Source: Steroidobacteraceae bacterium (lineage in GTDB: Bacteria; Pseudomonadota; Gammaproteobacteria; Steroidobacterales; Steroidobacteraceae). From it: a DNA stretch of 64,000 nt. Every line of letters starts with the position of its first letter. Position 1 is the stretch's first letter. The stretch is from the NCBI GenBank assembly GCA_035996065.1, contig DASYJX010000037.1:31296-95295 (forward strand), given 5' to 3'. The notes under the pieces are model-generated. The model searched no databases. It saw only the letters and a program-made list of their open reading frames with translations, and was not told where the DNA came from. The translations under genes and the position numbers were made by a program. Positions 41,342-52,131 of this stretch are shown in pieces.

Positions 41342-43777
41342 TTATTCGTGTTTGCCCCATCGGTAACTGAGCCGCAGTCCGATCACCCGCGGCTCGTTGG
41401 TCGTCTCGCGGTGATCGTAGTTGGCGGTGTTGGTATAGATCACCGCATTCTTATCGAACAGATTGCTGACGTAAGCTTCGGCGCTCCAGCGATCACTCGG
41501 CGCCTGTACCCCCACGCGCAAGGTTGAAATGGCATAGGCCGGCTGCAGCGAGCGCCCGAAGCCGTGCCGGTCAACCACGCGCAGGTCGCTCCACATATCG
41601 CCCTTGTGCGCGATATCGTATTGCACGAAACCCTTGAGCGCCGGGCCTACCGGCCTTTCGTAACGCGCATTTGCGCTGAAACTGAAGTAGGGCACGAACG
41701 GGAGCCTCTCGCCCGGGACGACGATGAAATCGGCGTTCTGGAACGTGTTCGTAATGAGGTGAGAGTCGTTGTAGCTCCCGGAAATCTGTACGCTCAAGCC
41801 TTCGATGATCTGGTAGTCGATGTTCGACTCGGCGCCATAAATACGCGCGTTGCCCAGGTTTGCATTGAAGCCGCTCGGGCATATGGCGAGATCGAAGACC
41901 GGCGCTTGGTAGCCCTTCCAATTCATCAGATAAAAGGCTCCGTTCCACGTCATGCGTCCGTCCAAAAGCGCCGACTTCCAGCCGACTTCGAAGTTGTTCA
42001 ATGTGTCGGGCGCATAGCTCGCCGGCGCCCCTTTGCCATAACAGGTTGCGCCCAGACCGGAGTTGGCTCCGCCATCGCGGAAGCCTTGACTGAAAATCCC
42101 GTAGAGAAGCAGGTTCTTGCCGGCCTTGAAGTTGACGCCCGCCTTGGCGTTCACTTTATGAGAACCCCCCGAGTCGAAACTCGGCACTTTGGGATTCCAA
42201 AAATAGCCGGCGTATAGACTGCCGCTGGTGAAGCTCGACTTGTAATGTTGGACGCCTCCTTCGATGCTCCATCGATCCGTCAGATTCAAGGTGAGATCGG
42301 CGAATTCCGTGGTGTCCAAGTAGTCGAATCGCGACTTGTAGCTGTACCACTCGCTGGGCAGCGGCGACGCGCCGACGGTGTAATAACTGTTGTAACGTGC
42401 GAGGACGGATTGATAAGCAGCGCCCTGCGGCTGAAGACCCGGCATCGCGTAGAACAGCGAATAGGTATCCTTGGTCTTCTCCCAGTACAGACCGCTCAGC
42501 CACTGCAGCCGGCCGCCCGGTTTCGATTGCAAACGCAGCTCGTTCGACCAGCGCTGCGTATTGTTGTCGTAGACGTAGTACTGAGCCGGCACGTTGCACC
42601 CGCTGAATACGCCGCTGGACGAGTTCATGGGATCGGTCAAGCAAGCGTATGCCTGGATGTTCTCCGGCAAGAAACCGGCCACAGGCGAGTACTGGACATA
42701 CTCCGAGTATTCATTGACCTGGTGTATGGTCTGCTGCTGATAGGTGCTGGTGAAAACCAAGTCGGCGATGCCGACGTCGCCGTCAATGTGCAGGTCCAGC
42801 GACTTCACGTAGTCGCTGCCGTCCTCCGGTGCGAAGCGCGACACCTTGCGTTTGCCGTATTTGGGATCCTGGTCCCAGGCGCCGGCATGCCTTTGACTCT
42901 GGTAGCCCGCGGTCAGCACCGCGTTCCATTGGTCGTTGAAAATCTGTTTGACCGCCGCTCGCCCGCCGTCGATGTTTTGGGTGTTGTAATTGTTGCGGGC
43001 AAACTGCGCATTCGTCGACACCACGCCATTGACCCAGTCGCGCGTGGTGAGCAAGTTATCGATGAAGCCGCCGTCATGATTCGCGTACACGGATAGGCGA
43101 ACGGCCGACTTTCCTTCTACGATCGGCAGGTTCACGAAACCTTCGTAGGTGCTGTTGATTCCGCCGGAATGGATTTTGCCGGCGTCCGCATCGACGCCGG
43201 CGCTGAACTCATTCGGGTCCGGTTTATTCGTGATGATGCGAATGGCGCCCGACATCGAGCCGGCGCCGAACAGCGTCCCTTGCGGCCCGTTCAAAATCTC
43301 GATGCGTTCGATGTCGTACTCGTGCAAATCGGGAATACTGCCGAAAAAACTCATCGACATATCGTCGACGAAGAACCCCGTCGAGGACGTATTCACGACG
43401 TTCGGGTTGCTGCCGTCGGACACGCCTCGCATGAAGAACATCTGCGTGGCGGGGCCGGTGCTGATGAAGGAGACCGAGGGAGTCTTGGTCGCGTAGTCCT
43501 CAAACCGCGTAATCGCCAGGTTTTGCAGGTCCTTGGCCGTGAACACGTCGATGCTCTGCGGCACGTCCTGCAGATTTTCGGTGCGCTTGCGCGCGGTGAC
43601 GGTGATCTCTGCCAGGGAATCCGAAGCAGCGCCGGGGGCCGTGCTCGGCGCGGGCATCCCGTGCGCCGCACCGGCACCGTACACGACGGCGGCGACGGCG
43701 AGATTCAGCCTGGAACGCATGATCGCGGGACGGTGCGCTGCACGGGCGGGATACGACGCTGCCGCAGGATGCTTCAC
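41342..43777 (-). CDS. TonB-dependent receptor (module 3, distal copy)
   Basis: Up to 811 aa from GTG 43777; an alternative ATG lies at 43720. Plug motifs are LAEITVTARKRTENLQDVPQSIDVF and ERIEILNGPQGTLFGAGSMSG. The C-terminus reads ...LRLSYRWGKHE. Confidence 0.9.
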   Translation of the reverse strand: MKHPAAASYPARAAHRPAIMRSRLNLAVAAVVYGAGAAHGMPAPSTAPGAASDSLAEITVTARKRTENLQDVPQSIDVFTAKDLQNLAITRFEDYATKTPSVSFISTGPATQMFFMRGVSDGSNPNVVNTSSTGFFVDDMSMSFFGSIPDLHEYDIERIEILNGPQGTLFGAGSMSGAIRIITNKPDPNEFSAGVDADAGKIHSGGINSTYEGFVNLPIVEGKSAVRLSVYANHDGGFIDNLLTTRDWVNGVVSTNAQFARNNYNTQNIDGGRAAVKQIFNDQWNAVLTAGYQSQRHAGAWDQDPKYGKRKVSRFAPEDGSDYVKSLDLHIDGDVGIADLVFTSTYQQQTIHQVNEYSEYVQYSPVAGFLPENIQAYACLTDPMNSSSGVFSGCNVPAQYYVYDNNTQRWSNELRLQSKPGGRLQWLSGLYWEKTKDTYSLFYAMPGLQPQGAAYQSVLARYNSYYTVGASPLPSEWYSYKSRFDYLDTTEFADLTLNLTDRWSIEGGVQHYKSSFTSGSLYAGYFWNPKVPSFDSGGSHKVNAKAGVNFKAGKNLLLYGIFSQGFRDGGANSGLGATCYGKGAPASYAPDTLNNFEVGWKSALLDGRMTWNGAFYLMNWKGYQAPVFDLAICPSGFNANLGNARIYGAESNIDYQIIEGLSVQISGSYNDSHLITNTFQNADFIVVPGERLPFVPYFSFSANARYERPVGPALKGFVQYDIAHKGDMWSDLRVVDRHGFGRSLQPAYAISTLRVGVQAPSDRWSAEAYVSNLFDKNAVIYTNTANYDHRETTNEPRVIGLRLSYRWGKHE

Positions 43778-43786
43778 GATGCCGAG

Positions 43787-46261
43787 CTAGCCTCCGTTAC
43801 CCCATCGGTAGCTCATGCGCAGGCCGAACACGCGCGGTTCGTTGCGTGTCTGGCGCAGGTCGAAGTTGCCCTCGTTAGTGTAAATAATCGCATTCTTATT
43901 GGTGAGATTGGTGATGTAGAACTCGGATAGCCAGTGAGATTCAGCCTGATTGAGGCCAAGCCGCAGGTTCATGACCGAGTAACCCGGCTGCAGCACGCGG
44001 GGCAAGCCGTTGGAACCGTTCGATTGCAGGGAATTCCACATGTTGCCCTTGTGGGCGATGTCGAATTGAACGTATCCGTGCAGGCTCTCCTTGAGCGGCG
44101 CTTCGTAACGCGTGTCCCCGCTAAAACTCACGTACGGCACGTAGGGCAGGCGTTCCCCCGGGGTGACCTGAAAACTGGCATTTTCGAAGGTGTTGGTCAC
44201 CATGTGCGAATCGTTGTAGCTTGCCGAGAATTCCATGCTCAGAAATGAGGTCGCCTGATACTTGACGTAAGATTCCACCCCATAGACTCTGGCATCGCCA
44301 ATGTTGGCGTTGAAACTCGACGACAGGCAAATGCCTGGGTCGAATAACAGCGTCTGAAAATTCTTCCAGGGCATGTAGTAAACGGCGCCATTCCATATCA
44401 GATGACTGTCGAGCATCGTGGACTTCCAGCCGATCTCGTAGTTGGTCAAGGTGTCGGGCACGAACGTCGCCGGGGCGCCGTTCTTGGTGCAGTCGGCGGG
44501 CAGACCGCCGTTGACTCCGCCATCCCTGAATCCCTGCGCCGCGTCGGCATACACCAGCAGGCCGTCCAAGACCTTGTAACTGACGCCTACCTTGCTGTTC
44601 CACTTGTTGGACGAACCTCCATAGACGGCCGGCGTCTGCGGCTGGTACCAAAATCCCCCGAACACGGAGCTGGAGAAATTGGAGTGGAAGTGCACGGTGC
44701 CCGCCTCGACATGGAGCCTTGGCGTGATGTCGAAGGTGAAGTTGGCAAACTCCGTCGTTTGCAGGTAGTCGTTGCGAGCCACGTAGCTGTACCAATCATC
44801 GGGCTTCGGCGGCAGCGCCCCTTGGTTGTAATAATAGGCGGTAGTCGCTTGCCACGCCTGGCCGGCAGTCTGCAATCCGGGCATGTGAAAGTAGTCGCTG
44901 TAGGGGTCGCGGGTCTTTTCCCAGTAGACGCCGGCCAGCCAGTGAAAGCGTCCGCCTTCCTTCGATTGCAGTCGCAGCTCGTTGGACCAGCGCTCGGTGT
45001 GGTTGATGTAGTCGTAATACTGAATCGGCGGATTGCAGCCGCTGAAGCCCGTGCCGTTGATCGGATCCGTCAGGCAGGTATATGCCTGCTGTGATGTCGC
45101 GTTGGTCGAGCTGGGCGGGACCTTGTATTGGTTTATGTACTGCATGTACTCCGAATACTCGTTGACCCATCGGGTATCCTGGGCCCAATAGGTACCGGCG
45201 TAGACCAGATCGCCGATACCTACGTCGCCGTCGAGGTGAAAATCCAGCGTCTTTGTGTAGTACTGCTTGAACTCCGGCCCGAAGCGCACCACGTTGTTCC
45301 GCGGGAGCGTGCGCACGGGACCGTCAACGCCGCCGACGGTTGGATCCTCATCCCATGCGCCGTGCGTGAGCTGGCGCTGATAACTGTACGTCAGCGATGC
45401 CTTCCAACCGTCCGAGATCGTCTGTCCGAGCGCGATGCGGGCGCCGGTGACCTTCTCCACGTTGTAGTTCTTGCCGGCCCAAGCTGAATTGTCGGACACC
45501 GACCCGTTCACCCAGTGGCGGGTGGTCAAGAGATTGTTGATGAAGCCGCCGTGGTAGTCGCTGTAGGCGGAGATCCGCAACGCAGTCCAGTCGGCGATGA
45601 GGGGCAGGTTTACGAAACCTTCGATGGTGCCATTGTGAGTACCGCCGTCGATCTTGCCGACGTCGGCATCGACCCCGGCGCTGAATGCTTTCGGATCGGG
45701 CTTGTTCGTGATGAAGCGCAGGGCGCCCGCCATGGCGCCGGCACCGAACGTCGTTCCCTGCGGGCCGTTCAATACCTCGATGCGCTCGATGTCATAGAGA
45801 TGCAGATCCGGCGACGTGCCGAAATAATTCATCGACATGTCATCGAGCAGGAACAGTGTTGCGGCAGCGTTCGCGTAGTTCGGGTTGCTGCCGTCCGAGA
45901 CGCCGCGCATGACGAAAGTCTGCGTGCCGGGACCGGCACTGACGAACGAAATCGAAGGCGTCTTGGTGGCGTAGTCTTCGAATTGCGATATGCCCAGATT
46001 CTGCATGTCTTTGGCGGTGTAGACATCGATGCTCAGCGGCACGTCCTGCAGATTCTCGGTGCGCTTGCGCGCAGTGACGACGACCTCCTCGAGCGTCGTA
46101 TCGGCGGATGCACCCGCCGCTGCCGCTGCCGGCGCCGCATGCATCGCCGCCCCCGACAGCGCGGCGGCGATGGCTAGAGCCAGCGTGGAACTCGATCCGT
46201 GCGCAATCGCGCTCGGTCCGCCGCGCGGCATTTTCGCAGAACGCGCTGCAGTCGTGCGCAT
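43787..46261 (-). CDS. TonB-dependent receptor (module 3, proximal copy)
   Basis: From ORF 43787-46294 (GTG). I prefer ATG 46261, which is preceded by AAGGGGG. Plug motifs are LEEVVVTARKRTENLQDVPLSIDVY and ERIEVLNGPQGTTFGAGAMAG. It is collinear with 41342-43777. The C-terminus reads ...LRMSYRWGNGG. Confidence 0.9.
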   Translation of the reverse strand: MRTTAARSAKMPRGGPSAIAHGSSSTLALAIAAALSGAAMHAAPAAAAAGASADTTLEEVVVTARKRTENLQDVPLSIDVYTAKDMQNLGISQFEDYATKTPSISFVSAGPGTQTFVMRGVSDGSNPNYANAAATLFLLDDMSMNYFGTSPDLHLYDIERIEVLNGPQGTTFGAGAMAGALRFITNKPDPKAFSAGVDADVGKIDGGTHNGTIEGFVNLPLIADWTALRISAYSDYHGGFINNLLTTRHWVNGSVSDNSAWAGKNYNVEKVTGARIALGQTISDGWKASLTYSYQRQLTHGAWDEDPTVGGVDGPVRTLPRNNVVRFGPEFKQYYTKTLDFHLDGDVGIGDLVYAGTYWAQDTRWVNEYSEYMQYINQYKVPPSSTNATSQQAYTCLTDPINGTGFSGCNPPIQYYDYINHTERWSNELRLQSKEGGRFHWLAGVYWEKTRDPYSDYFHMPGLQTAGQAWQATTAYYYNQGALPPKPDDWYSYVARNDYLQTTEFANFTFDITPRLHVEAGTVHFHSNFSSSVFGGFWYQPQTPAVYGGSSNKWNSKVGVSYKVLDGLLVYADAAQGFRDGGVNGGLPADCTKNGAPATFVPDTLTNYEIGWKSTMLDSHLIWNGAVYYMPWKNFQTLLFDPGICLSSSFNANIGDARVYGVESYVKYQATSFLSMEFSASYNDSHMVTNTFENASFQVTPGERLPYVPYVSFSGDTRYEAPLKESLHGYVQFDIAHKGNMWNSLQSNGSNGLPRVLQPGYSVMNLRLGLNQAESHWLSEFYITNLTNKNAIIYTNEGNFDLRQTRNEPRVFGLRMSYRWGNGG

Positions 46262-46390
46262 CGCATCGCCCCCTTGTACCACTCCCGATGGCACGCGGAC
46301 GCATGCCGGTTCGGATCATGTCTTGCGAAGGCGATGCCTGTCAATGACCAACGCCCCACACGCTGATCGATCGTTCAATAGGCGAACGGG

Positions 46391-48391
46391 CTAGCTCGCC
46401 TCCCCGAAGCGCTCAATGCAACGTCCCAGGGCGCGCCGCAGGGGCTCGAGTTGCGGCTCGAAATGTTTCCAATAGCCGACGCCGGACGAGTACAAGGGTT
46501 GACGCACCTGCTCGGCGCTCGCGGTACGCACCGGCCGCTTGGTTTCATGAAATGCGAGGCATGCAGGTTCGAATTCGAGGCCGCAATGAGTCAACAGGCG
46601 ACGGATGTTCGTCTCCGGATCGCGTACCAGTTCTTCGTAATGCAAATGCAGCACCGTGCCGGGCAGCACGGCATCCCAATGATCCATCAGGCTTAGGTAA
46701 CACCGATAGTACCGGCCCAGGTCCTCGAGATCGTAACTGAAAGACTGACCTTCGGCGAAGTATTGCTTGAAGGTGCTGAAGCAGGCATCCATCGGGTGGC
46801 GGCGCACGTCAATGATGGTTGCGTTCGGCAGAATCGCGTAAATGAGGCCTACGTGACTGAAGTTATTCGGCATCTTGTCGATGAAGCGCGGCCGCCCGCT
46901 GCGGATCGGTGCTGTCTCCTCGATGTAGCGGCGGCCGAGAATCGCAAATTGCTCCAACGGAAGACCGCGGACGCTCTCGGGATACGCGTCGTGCTGCGGG
47001 TTTGCGTGATCGAACTCGCGCACGATGGTCAGCACATTCGGCAACTCGAAGGTCCCTTCGATGCTCGAGTGGCTGGCTAGGATCTGCTCCACCAGAGTCG
47101 AACCTGATCTCGGCAGTCCCACGACGAATATCGGCGATGGATCCGGAATCCCAGTACCCGCCCGTTGCGAAAAAAAGCCGACATCGAAGCAGTCGCGCAC
47201 CCGTCCAGTCTTGTTCTCGAACATCTCTATGTCAAAAGGCACGGTCTTGCGGCGCCGCCGATTGCCGCTTGCGTAGTGCTCGAACGCCGCGGCATAGTTC
47301 TTCCGGTGCTCGAACGCGCGCCCGAGGGCGAAATGCAGTTGCGCTTGGTCGGCATCCTCGCCGCCCTCGCCCTTCAAGAGCGCCTGCATTGCTGCAATCT
47401 CCGCATCGCTGAAGAAGTAGTTCTTGAGATCGGCCAGACTCCAGTACGCCTCGCCGAAACTCGGGTCGAGGAGCAGGCATGCCTTATAGGCGTCCTCACT
47501 CTCGCGACGATGGCCCAGCGTTTTGTGCACGTGGCCGATGGAGAGAGGCAAACGCACTTCGCGGGGATTGAGGCGCGCCGCCTCCTCGAAAGCCGGCAGC
47601 GCATCCGCCTGGCGCATTAGCCGGGCGCACACGCTTCCGAGCAACACCCAGTTCTGCGGGTTCTCCGACTCGATTTTTAGAAGGTGGCGAACCGCCGCCT
47701 CAGCTTCGGGGAGCCGCCCGAGGTCGACCATCGCCTGGCACAGGCCGCGCCAGGCAAGGGGAAGGTGGGCCGACTGCTTGAGAGCATGGCGCAGCAGCCG
47801 TAGGGCGTCATCTGCGCGACCGGCGGTAAGCGAAACCGCCGCAAGGCCGCACACCGCGGCCACATGGCTCGCGTCCTCCTGGAGGATCTCGCGAAAGATG
47901 AGTTCGGCTGCCTTGCGGTCCTCGGCCACGAGAGCGGCGGTCGCTTCGTCGATCCGGCGAGCGTGGGGATCGCACAGGCGCGCGCGCTCGTAGGCCACCC
48001 TGGCATCAGGGTATTTTTCGAGGTCGACGAGCACGTCGCCATAGGCAAGCCATGCTGCTTGGAGTGCAGGGACGGCCGCAACCACTCTCTGCAGTTCCCC
48101 TCGTGCGATCTCCAGCTGACCGGCACGGCGCCGGGCGCGCGCCAAGTCGGTGCGCGCTTGCCAGAACTGCGGTGCCGCGGCTACCGCCCGTTCCAGCGTC
48201 TCCATGGCAGCGGCTACCTTGTCTTGATCGAGGAGCGCAATCCCGAGCAGGCGCAGGCTGTTGACCTCGCCCGGCGCCGCCGCCTGAATCGCTCGCAGCT
48301 GCCGCTCAGCGGTTGCGGCACGCCCCATGCGGAGCGCGGCGAGTGCCTGTCCGTACGCGGCTCGAAGTTCATCTTGTGGCCGATTCTCCAC
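46391..48391 (-). CDS. TPR-repeat + sulfotransferase-domain protein, leaderless (copy 3)
   Basis: From ORF 46391-48616, whose first 75 codons overlap the upstream regulator gene. GTG 48391 gives 666 aa, matching the paralog lengths; ATG 48328 is an alternative. Contains IFVVGLPRSGSTLVEQILASH and FIDKMPNNFSHVGLIYAILPNATIIDVRR. Confidence 0.82.
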   Translation of the reverse strand: MENRPQDELRAAYGQALAALRMGRAATAERQLRAIQAAAPGEVNSLRLLGIALLDQDKVAAAMETLERAVAAAPQFWQARTDLARARRRAGQLEIARGELQRVVAAVPALQAAWLAYGDVLVDLEKYPDARVAYERARLCDPHARRIDEATAALVAEDRKAAELIFREILQEDASHVAAVCGLAAVSLTAGRADDALRLLRHALKQSAHLPLAWRGLCQAMVDLGRLPEAEAAVRHLLKIESENPQNWVLLGSVCARLMRQADALPAFEEAARLNPREVRLPLSIGHVHKTLGHRRESEDAYKACLLLDPSFGEAYWSLADLKNYFFSDAEIAAMQALLKGEGGEDADQAQLHFALGRAFEHRKNYAAAFEHYASGNRRRRKTVPFDIEMFENKTGRVRDCFDVGFFSQRAGTGIPDPSPIFVVGLPRSGSTLVEQILASHSSIEGTFELPNVLTIVREFDHANPQHDAYPESVRGLPLEQFAILGRRYIEETAPIRSGRPRFIDKMPNNFSHVGLIYAILPNATIIDVRRHPMDACFSTFKQYFAEGQSFSYDLEDLGRYYRCYLSLMDHWDAVLPGTVLHLHYEELVRDPETNIRRLLTHCGLEFEPACLAFHETKRPVRTASAEQVRQPLYSSGVGYWKHFEPQLEPLRRALGRCIERFGEAS

Positions 48392-48404
48392 CGATGGGTC
48401 ACGC

Positions 48405-49418
48405 TTACGGGGCGATCGACGGCACGTCGAGCATTTCGCGCAGCGGTGCGCGCTTATCCCCGATCTTGCGCTCGGCGCTCGGCGGATGCCCGAATTGCAT
48501 CCGGTAGCACTTTGAGAAATGCGGTGGCGACTGAAATCCGCATGCCGTCGTGATGTCCATGATGGGCATTGCGGTCTGCAGCAAGAGCTCGCGCGCGCGG
48601 CGCAGGCGCATCTCAAGATAGTAGTGCTTCGGCACGCAGTTCAAATCGCGCTTGAAGAGGCGCTCGATTTGACGGCGCGACAAGCCCGTGGCCTTGGCGA
48701 TTTTTTCCAGCGACAGCGGCTTCTCGATATTTTCTTCCATGAGTTGCGCCACCCGGATCAACCCGCGATGCGAAACGCCGACCTGTGCCCGCAGCGGAAC
48801 GTATTGGCGATCGGTGTCCTTGCGAACCCGATCGACGATGAACTGCTCGGAAACCAACTGCGAGATTCGGGGGCCCAGCTTCACCTGTATGAGATTCAGC
48901 ATGAGGTCGAGGGGCGCCGTGCCGCCGGAGCACGTAAAGCGATCGCGGTCGATGGTGAACAATTGATCGCTGATGCGAACCCTGGGAAACTCTTCACGCA
49001 GCGCCGAGAGATTCTCCCAGTGAATGGTGGCGCTGAAATTATCGAGCAAGCCGGCGCGCGCGAGTGCGTAGCCTCCGGTGCACAGGCCGCCCAGCGGCAC
49101 ACGCCGGTCCGCAAGCCGGCGAAGTGCGGTCAACAGCGCGGCCGATACCGCTTCGCGAACATTGATCCCGCCGCAGACAAACAGGATGTCGACCGCTCCT
49201 ACCTTGTCGAGAGCGCCGGTCGGCGACAGATTGAGTCCGCTGCTGGCGTCGGCCGCGCGGCCGTCCAAGCTGATGACGGACCACTCATAGACCTCTTTGC
49301 CCACCAGGCGATTCGCCATTCGCAGCGGTTCAAGCGCATTCGCAACGGCGATCAAGGAGTAGTTCGGCAGGGTCAGAAAGGCATACCTGCACTTGCGCAA
49401 CACGGCGGGCGATTCCAA
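48405..49418 (-). CDS. GlxA-family AraC-type transcriptional regulator (second GbdR/CdhR-like paralog)
   Basis: The maximal ORF 48405-49478 starts at a GTG. TTG 49418 is preceded by GGAGG and gives 337 aa, against 338 aa for the paralog. Contains YAFLTLPNYSLIAVANALEPLRMAN and a C-terminal AraC HTH (EKIAKATGLSRRQIERLFKR...GFQSPPHFSKCYR). Confidence 0.85.
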   Translation of the reverse strand: MESPAVLRKCRYAFLTLPNYSLIAVANALEPLRMANRLVGKEVYEWSVISLDGRAADASSGLNLSPTGALDKVGAVDILFVCGGINVREAVSAALLTALRRLADRRVPLGGLCTGGYALARAGLLDNFSATIHWENLSALREEFPRVRISDQLFTIDRDRFTCSGGTAPLDLMLNLIQVKLGPRISQLVSEQFIVDRVRKDTDRQYVPLRAQVGVSHRGLIRVAQLMEENIEKPLSLEKIAKATGLSRRQIERLFKRDLNCVPKHYYLEMRLRRARELLLQTAMPIMDITTACGFQSPPHFSKCYRMQFGHPPSAERKIGDKRAPLREMLDVPSIAP

Positions 49419-49661
49419 GGTGCCTCCGCAGGACGAAGAGCGTGAAGGTCGGACGCGGCCATTATGCCACCGACGCACGTCTCTTGTCTGTTTCCGACAT
49501 TTTTTTGTCGTTTTCTAAATGGTAACGAGGCCTGTCCCAGCCCCTCGTCCGCGTATTTGGGGATTCCCTGGCGCATTTCAATCAGGGACTGTCGCAATTG
49601 GCGTCTTGTTTGGCGGCCCGCTGGTTACACTGCGTCACGCATTTGCGTTGGGAGATTGAAC

Positions 49662-52121
49662 ATGAAAACTCATGCCCGCGTCGTCGTGATCGGCGGCGGC
49701 GTGGTAGGCGTCAGCACGCTTTATCACTTGGCCTTGAAAGGTTGGACCGATGCAGTCCTGCTCGAGCGCGCTGAGCTCACCGCCGGGTCGACGTGGCATG
49801 CCGCGGGGTTGCTGCCCCTTTTCAATATGAGCTATACGGTCGGCCAGCTGCACAAATATTCCGTGGATCTTTATAAGCGCTTACCCGCCGAAACCGGTCA
49901 AGACGTGAGCTTTCACGTCACCGGCAATTTGCGGCTCGCGACCTGCCGCGATCGCATGGACGAATACCAGAAGTACTGCGGCACGGCGAACACCATCGGC
50001 GTCCCCTTCCAAGTGATCGGTCCCAAGCAAGTCCGCGACCTATGGCCGCTGGTCGAACTCGGCGATGGCGCAGCCACCTCTAAGATCGTCGGAGCGCTTT
50101 ACCATCCAGATGACGGCCATATCGCGCCGGCGGATTTGACCATGGCGCTGCGCAAGGGTGCACGCAGCCGCGGCGCGGAAATCCGGGAGCAGACCGAGGT
50201 CACCGCGGTGACGCGCACTGCCTCGGGCGAGTGGCATCTGACGACGAACAAAGGACATATCGTGGCCGAGCACGTCGTTTGTGCCACCGGCAATTATGCG
50301 CGCCAGACGGGGCGCATGTTCGGCCTCAACGTGCCCTCCATTCCGGTCGAACACCAATACATCGTGTACGACGAGTCGCCTGAACTCAAAGCCTATCGTC
50401 AAGGCGGCGGCCGCGAGCTCGCGGTCCTGCGTGAATCGGATCAGTCCTATTATCTGCGCGAAGAGCGCATGGGATGGATATTGGGTCCCTATGAGGCGGG
50501 CGCCCCGGCCCGTTTCGCGGACGGCGTGCCCGAGTGGTTCGGCAAGAGCCTCTTCGAAGGCGACCTGGAGCGCTTGCTGCCGCACGTCGAGGCCGCGCAG
50601 CGGCGCGTGCCGTCGCTCGCCAACTGCGGCATCAAGGACATCGTGAACGGGCCTATCGCCTACACGCCGGACGGCAGTCCGCTGATTGGTCCGGCCTGGG
50701 GCGCACGGAATTTATGGCTCAACGAGGGACACAGCTTCGGCATCACCGCGGCGGGCGGCTCCGGCTGGCAGCTTGCCGAGTGGATAGTCGAAGGCGAGCC
50801 CGGCATCGACATGATGGCGGTCGATCCGCGCCGTTATGGACCCTACACCGGCAAGCGGTACGTGGTGCAAAAAAACGAGGAAACGTATCGCAACGTATTC
50901 GTCATCCATTATCCGGATGAAGAGCGTCCGGATGCACGTCCTGCCAAAACCAGCCCGGTGTACGACAAGCTCGCCCGCCTGGGGGCGGTGTTCGGACAAC
51001 GCTACGGCTGGGAGCGCGCCAATTGGTTTGCTCCGCCGGGAGTTCCGGCCAAGGACCAGTGGAGCTTCCGCCGTTCGAATTACTTCGAACATGTGGGCAA
51101 TGAAGCGCTGCGCTTGCGCCGGCATGTCGGAGTCATCGATCTTACGCCCTTCACCAAGCACGAAGTGACGGGACCGGGCGCGGAGAGCTGGCTCGATGGC
51201 CTCGTGGCCAACAAGGTGCCGACGAAGATCGGCCGGATCGCCCTCTGCCACGCCCTCACCCGCCGCGGCGGCATCCGCTCCGAGTTCACCATCACCAAGA
51301 TCGCCGATCAGCACTTCTACGTGGTGAGCGCGGGCGCCGCCGAGCGCTACGACAGCGACTACCTGCGCCAGGCGCTGCCGCAGGACGGCAGCGTCGCCTT
51401 GACAAATATCACCATGAGCCGCGGCTGCTACGTCCTCGCCGGACCGCGCTCGCGGGATGTGCTTGCAAAACTCGTCGATGCGCGCCTGGACAACGAAGCA
51501 TTTCCTTGGCTCACGGGCCAGGTCACCGAGGTTGGACTCGCCACCGAGGTATATTTATTGCGGGTGAACTTCGTCGGAGCGCTCGGCTGGGAGCTGCATT
51601 TCCCAATCGAATACGCGCATCACTTGTTCGACTCCTTGTTCGCTGCGGGCGCCGATTTCAACATCGGCATGGCGGGCATGCGCGCGATGGAGTCGCTGCG
51701 GCTCGAGAAGTCTTATCGCATGTGGGGCAGCGATCTGACCCCCGACTACACGCCCTACGAGGCGGGTCTTGACCGCTTCGTGCGCTTGAACAAGGGACCG
51801 TTCATCGGCAAGGAAGCCCTCGAAAAGCAGATCAAAGCGGGCGTTCCGCACCGCTTCATCACGTTCGAGGTTCACGGCGTTACGGATGCCGATCCGCTCG
51901 GCAACGAGCCGCTGTTCGATCTCAAAGGCAACATCGTCGGCCGCGCCACGGCGGGCTACTACGGGCACGCCTTGCGCAAGAGCCTGGGGTTGGGATACGT
52001 CAAGCCGGAATATGCGGCGGTCGGCTCTGACATGGAAATCGAGATCTTGGGGGAGCGCAAGCGTGCGACGGTGCTCGTCGATTCACCGTATGATCCTGAG
52101 AACAAGGAATTAAGGGCCTAA
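49662..52121 (+). CDS. FAD-dependent oxidoreductase fused to a GcvT-type domain (dimethylglycine/sarcosine dehydrogenase family), paralog 2
   Basis: From ORF 49464-52121, trimmed to ATG 49662 (RBS GGAGA). Contains [23 protein letters not shown] and GSTWHAAG. 819 aa. Confidence 0.9.
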   Translation: MKTHARVVVIGGGVVGVSTLYHLALKGWTDAVLLERAELTAGSTWHAAGLLPLFNMSYTVGQLHKYSVDLYKRLPAETGQDVSFHVTGNLRLATCRDRMDEYQKYCGTANTIGVPFQVIGPKQVRDLWPLVELGDGAATSKIVGALYHPDDGHIAPADLTMALRKGARSRGAEIREQTEVTAVTRTASGEWHLTTNKGHIVAEHVVCATGNYARQTGRMFGLNVPSIPVEHQYIVYDESPELKAYRQGGGRELAVLRESDQSYYLREERMGWILGPYEAGAPARFADGVPEWFGKSLFEGDLERLLPHVEAAQRRVPSLANCGIKDIVNGPIAYTPDGSPLIGPAWGARNLWLNEGHSFGITAAGGSGWQLAEWIVEGEPGIDMMAVDPRRYGPYTGKRYVVQKNEETYRNVFVIHYPDEERPDARPAKTSPVYDKLARLGAVFGQRYGWERANWFAPPGVPAKDQWSFRRSNYFEHVGNEALRLRRHVGVIDLTPFTKHEVTGPGAESWLDGLVANKVPTKIGRIALCHALTRRGGIRSEFTITKIADQHFYVVSAGAAERYDSDYLRQALPQDGSVALTNITMSRGCYVLAGPRSRDVLAKLVDARLDNEAFPWLTGQVTEVGLATEVYLLRVNFVGALGWELHFPIEYAHHLFDSLFAAGADFNIGMAGMRAMESLRLEKSYRMWGSDLTPDYTPYEAGLDRFVRLNKGPFIGKEALEKQIKAGVPHRFITFEVHGVTDADPLGNEPLFDLKGNIVGRATAGYYGHALRKSLGLGYVKPEYAAVGSDMEIEILGERKRATVLVDSPYDPENKELRA

Positions 52122-52131
52122 CCGAAGCGCC

